Shown here in pieces: positions 62,213 through 64,000 of a DNA stretch of 64,000 nt (position 1 is its first letter; every line of letters begins with the position of its first letter). Source of the DNA: Scyliorhinus canicula (Eukaryota); assembly GCF_902713615.1 (NCBI RefSeq), contig NC_052171.1, positions 3,782,001 to 3,846,000 of the forward strand, written 5' to 3'. Position numbers and translations under genes: made by a program. The notes below the pieces were generated by a model, which saw nothing but the letters and a program-made list of their open reading frames with translations, did not search any database and was not told where the DNA came from.

Positions 62213-62710
62213 TTTTTTTGCATAAATTTAGAGTACCCAATTCTTATTTTTTTAAATTAAGGGGCAATTTAGCATTGCCAGTCCGCCTGCTCTGCACATC
62301 TTTGGGTTGTGGGGGTGAGACTGATATGCGATCAATAACGACTGAAACGAAGGAGTAGTCCGAATTGAAGGCTTTAATCTCCAAGATGTTTCCCCAGCTG
62401 CTTGAATACAGGAAGAATGATGGCTGCTGGGAAACACGGGTTCTTATATCCCACCTCATTGGGCGGAGCTACCTTACGTTCCGACCAATGAAATGCAAAC
62501 ACTTGGGCCAATGAGCAGCGAGCCTTCTCCACCAATGGTAGCTCACATTCCCAGGTACCGTAGTACCTTTAGTCATACTACCACAGAGACCCACCCAGAC
62601 ACGGGGAGAATGTGCAAACTCCACACAGACAGTGACCCAGTGCCGGGAATGTAGCCGGGTTCTCAGCACCATGAGGTAGCAGTGCTAACCACTGTGCCAT
62701 CGTGCCGGCC
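62213..62710 (-). mobile_element. V-SINE, short type, split by a solo LTR
   Basis: The SINE halves join across the GAGAC TSD. Confidence 0.88.
62322..62585 (-). mobile_element. Solo LTR related to the 42029-46486 Gypsy LTR
   Basis: TG...CA termini; perfect 5-bp TSD GAGAC at 62317-62321 / 62586-62590; shares ATCAAT..GGAGTAG..GGCTTTAATC. Confidence 0.88.
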
Positions 62711-63820
62711 TGAAAAGATATTTTTTTACGAATGACAGATGTTTACAATCACCTGTCAATGGAGGCAGATGTATTGGGCTTTGGTCGAAAGGTACATTCA
62801 GATCGGGAAGGGCGGCAGTAAATGTAGGAATTAGCAAGGCTTTTTTAGAGAAAAGGCTGAGAAGATAGTGCTTGAGTAGACAAAGGAAAGATGCTTCCAT
62901 TTATGCAGGAGTGCAAAACAACAAGCCTGAAAAGCAGGAAAGTCACCAATAAATCCAGTAAATATTTCAGGAGAAACCTCTTTATTCAAAGGGTAGTGTA
63001 GTGGGTTAATAGAATAGTTATGGTAATGAGTGAAGCAGCCATGATGTAACAGTACAGCAGCAATCAACAGACTGTTTACTTGGGAGATATGTGTCAATTC
63101 AGGAGTCCACCTTGTATATAAATCTGTTTGAATCCATCAGTACATGAAAGACAAACTCACAGTGTAGGAGTGCATAAAGGAAATCTGCCTGAGGTAGAGA
63201 GGAATATCAGGTTATGTCGCTGGTCTTAGATGAAGAGAGTCAGAAGCGAGGAAGTTTGTGTGGAGCATAGAATGAACAATGGCCCAAATGGTCTTTTTCC
63301 ACGCTGTAAAGTTCTGTCTATAATTGAGTGCTGGAATGGTTGAGTCAGAGATGAGAGGAAAGTTTTAGTGAGCTGAAGTTTCTTCTTTGGCTGCCAAGTT
63401 CCCTCATGTTAAGTCTGGCAGTGTGGAGACTGGCCAGATGTTCCAGGTGTATCCAGAAAAATATACAAATCGTAGAGGCCCATTTAGAAGTCAAGCTGTT
63501 AGTCACTGCAGAGGGATCAGGCAGACTGAAGGAAACAACATTACTCATATCTGGCAGCTGGTTGTTTAAAACGCACAGCTCCAATCGCACAGTTCAGTGT
63601 TCAGCCCTGATTCATGCACAGTCTGTGTTTCCACGTGATTTTGAGAGCCTTCTGTTTTCCTATTCAATGAAGAATGTCTGTGGCTGGGACTGGCACAGGG
63701 AACCAGAACACATGTTACTTCCTGAGAGCTCTTCATAGCAGTGCCACTCAGTAACTTTCCATCTGAAATAAAATAGCATTCGCTTCATTTTTTTTGGAAT
63801 AAAAGATCTGAGTGAAGGAA

Positions 63821-64000
63821 CTGCACGTCCTCCCCCTGTGTGCGTGGGTTTCCTCCGGGTGCTCCGGTTTCCTCCCACAGTCCAAAGATGTGCGGGTTAG
63901 GTGGATTGGCCATGCTAAATTGCCCGTAGTGTCCTAAAAAGTAAGGTTAAGGGGGGGGGTTGTTGGGTTACGGGTATAGGGTGGATACGTGGGTTTGAGT
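63821..64000 (+). mobile_element. HE1-like long V-SINE, 5'-truncated, runs off the window
   Basis: V-domain and start of the tail. Confidence 0.88.

Noticed and set aside
1220-63878. Many 60-130 aa ORFs with recurring peptides (GHCPCGVCTFSP, VRFPAGSLSVWSLH, MVVSINASQLQGPR)
   Set aside because: They are translations of SINE copies, not a gene family.

Overview
Eukaryotic, repeat-dense non-coding DNA (intron or intergenic), almost certainly from a shark or other elasmobranch, and catshark-like judging by the HE1-type V-SINEs, SacSINE1/DeuSINE copies and CR1/HER1 LINEs. I could not recognise any host protein-coding gene; nearly all listed ORFs are transposon remnants or chance ORFs. The window holds: about 30 tRNA-derived SINE copies in several head/tail combinations; CR1, Crack/L2-like, Rex1-like and L1 LINE fragments; one TSD-bounded, frameshifted full-length Gypsy element (42029-46486); three older Gypsy remnants; seven solo LTRs, most with clean TSDs; a hAT transposase fossil; and a family of GC-rich TIR elements. 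The most notable observations are (1) a 723-bp TIR element built from at least 11 consecutive near-perfect hairpins, (2) a TSD-bounded ORF1-only (HAL1-like) L1, (3) a Gypsy remnant with circularly permuted order RH/INT-PPT-LTR-gag-PR, (4) modular SINE head/tail swapping between LINE partners, and (5) a Gypsy element with a YLDN RT motif and no tRNA PBS. Family names come from recalled consensus features rather than database searches. Boundaries without a TSD are approximate.
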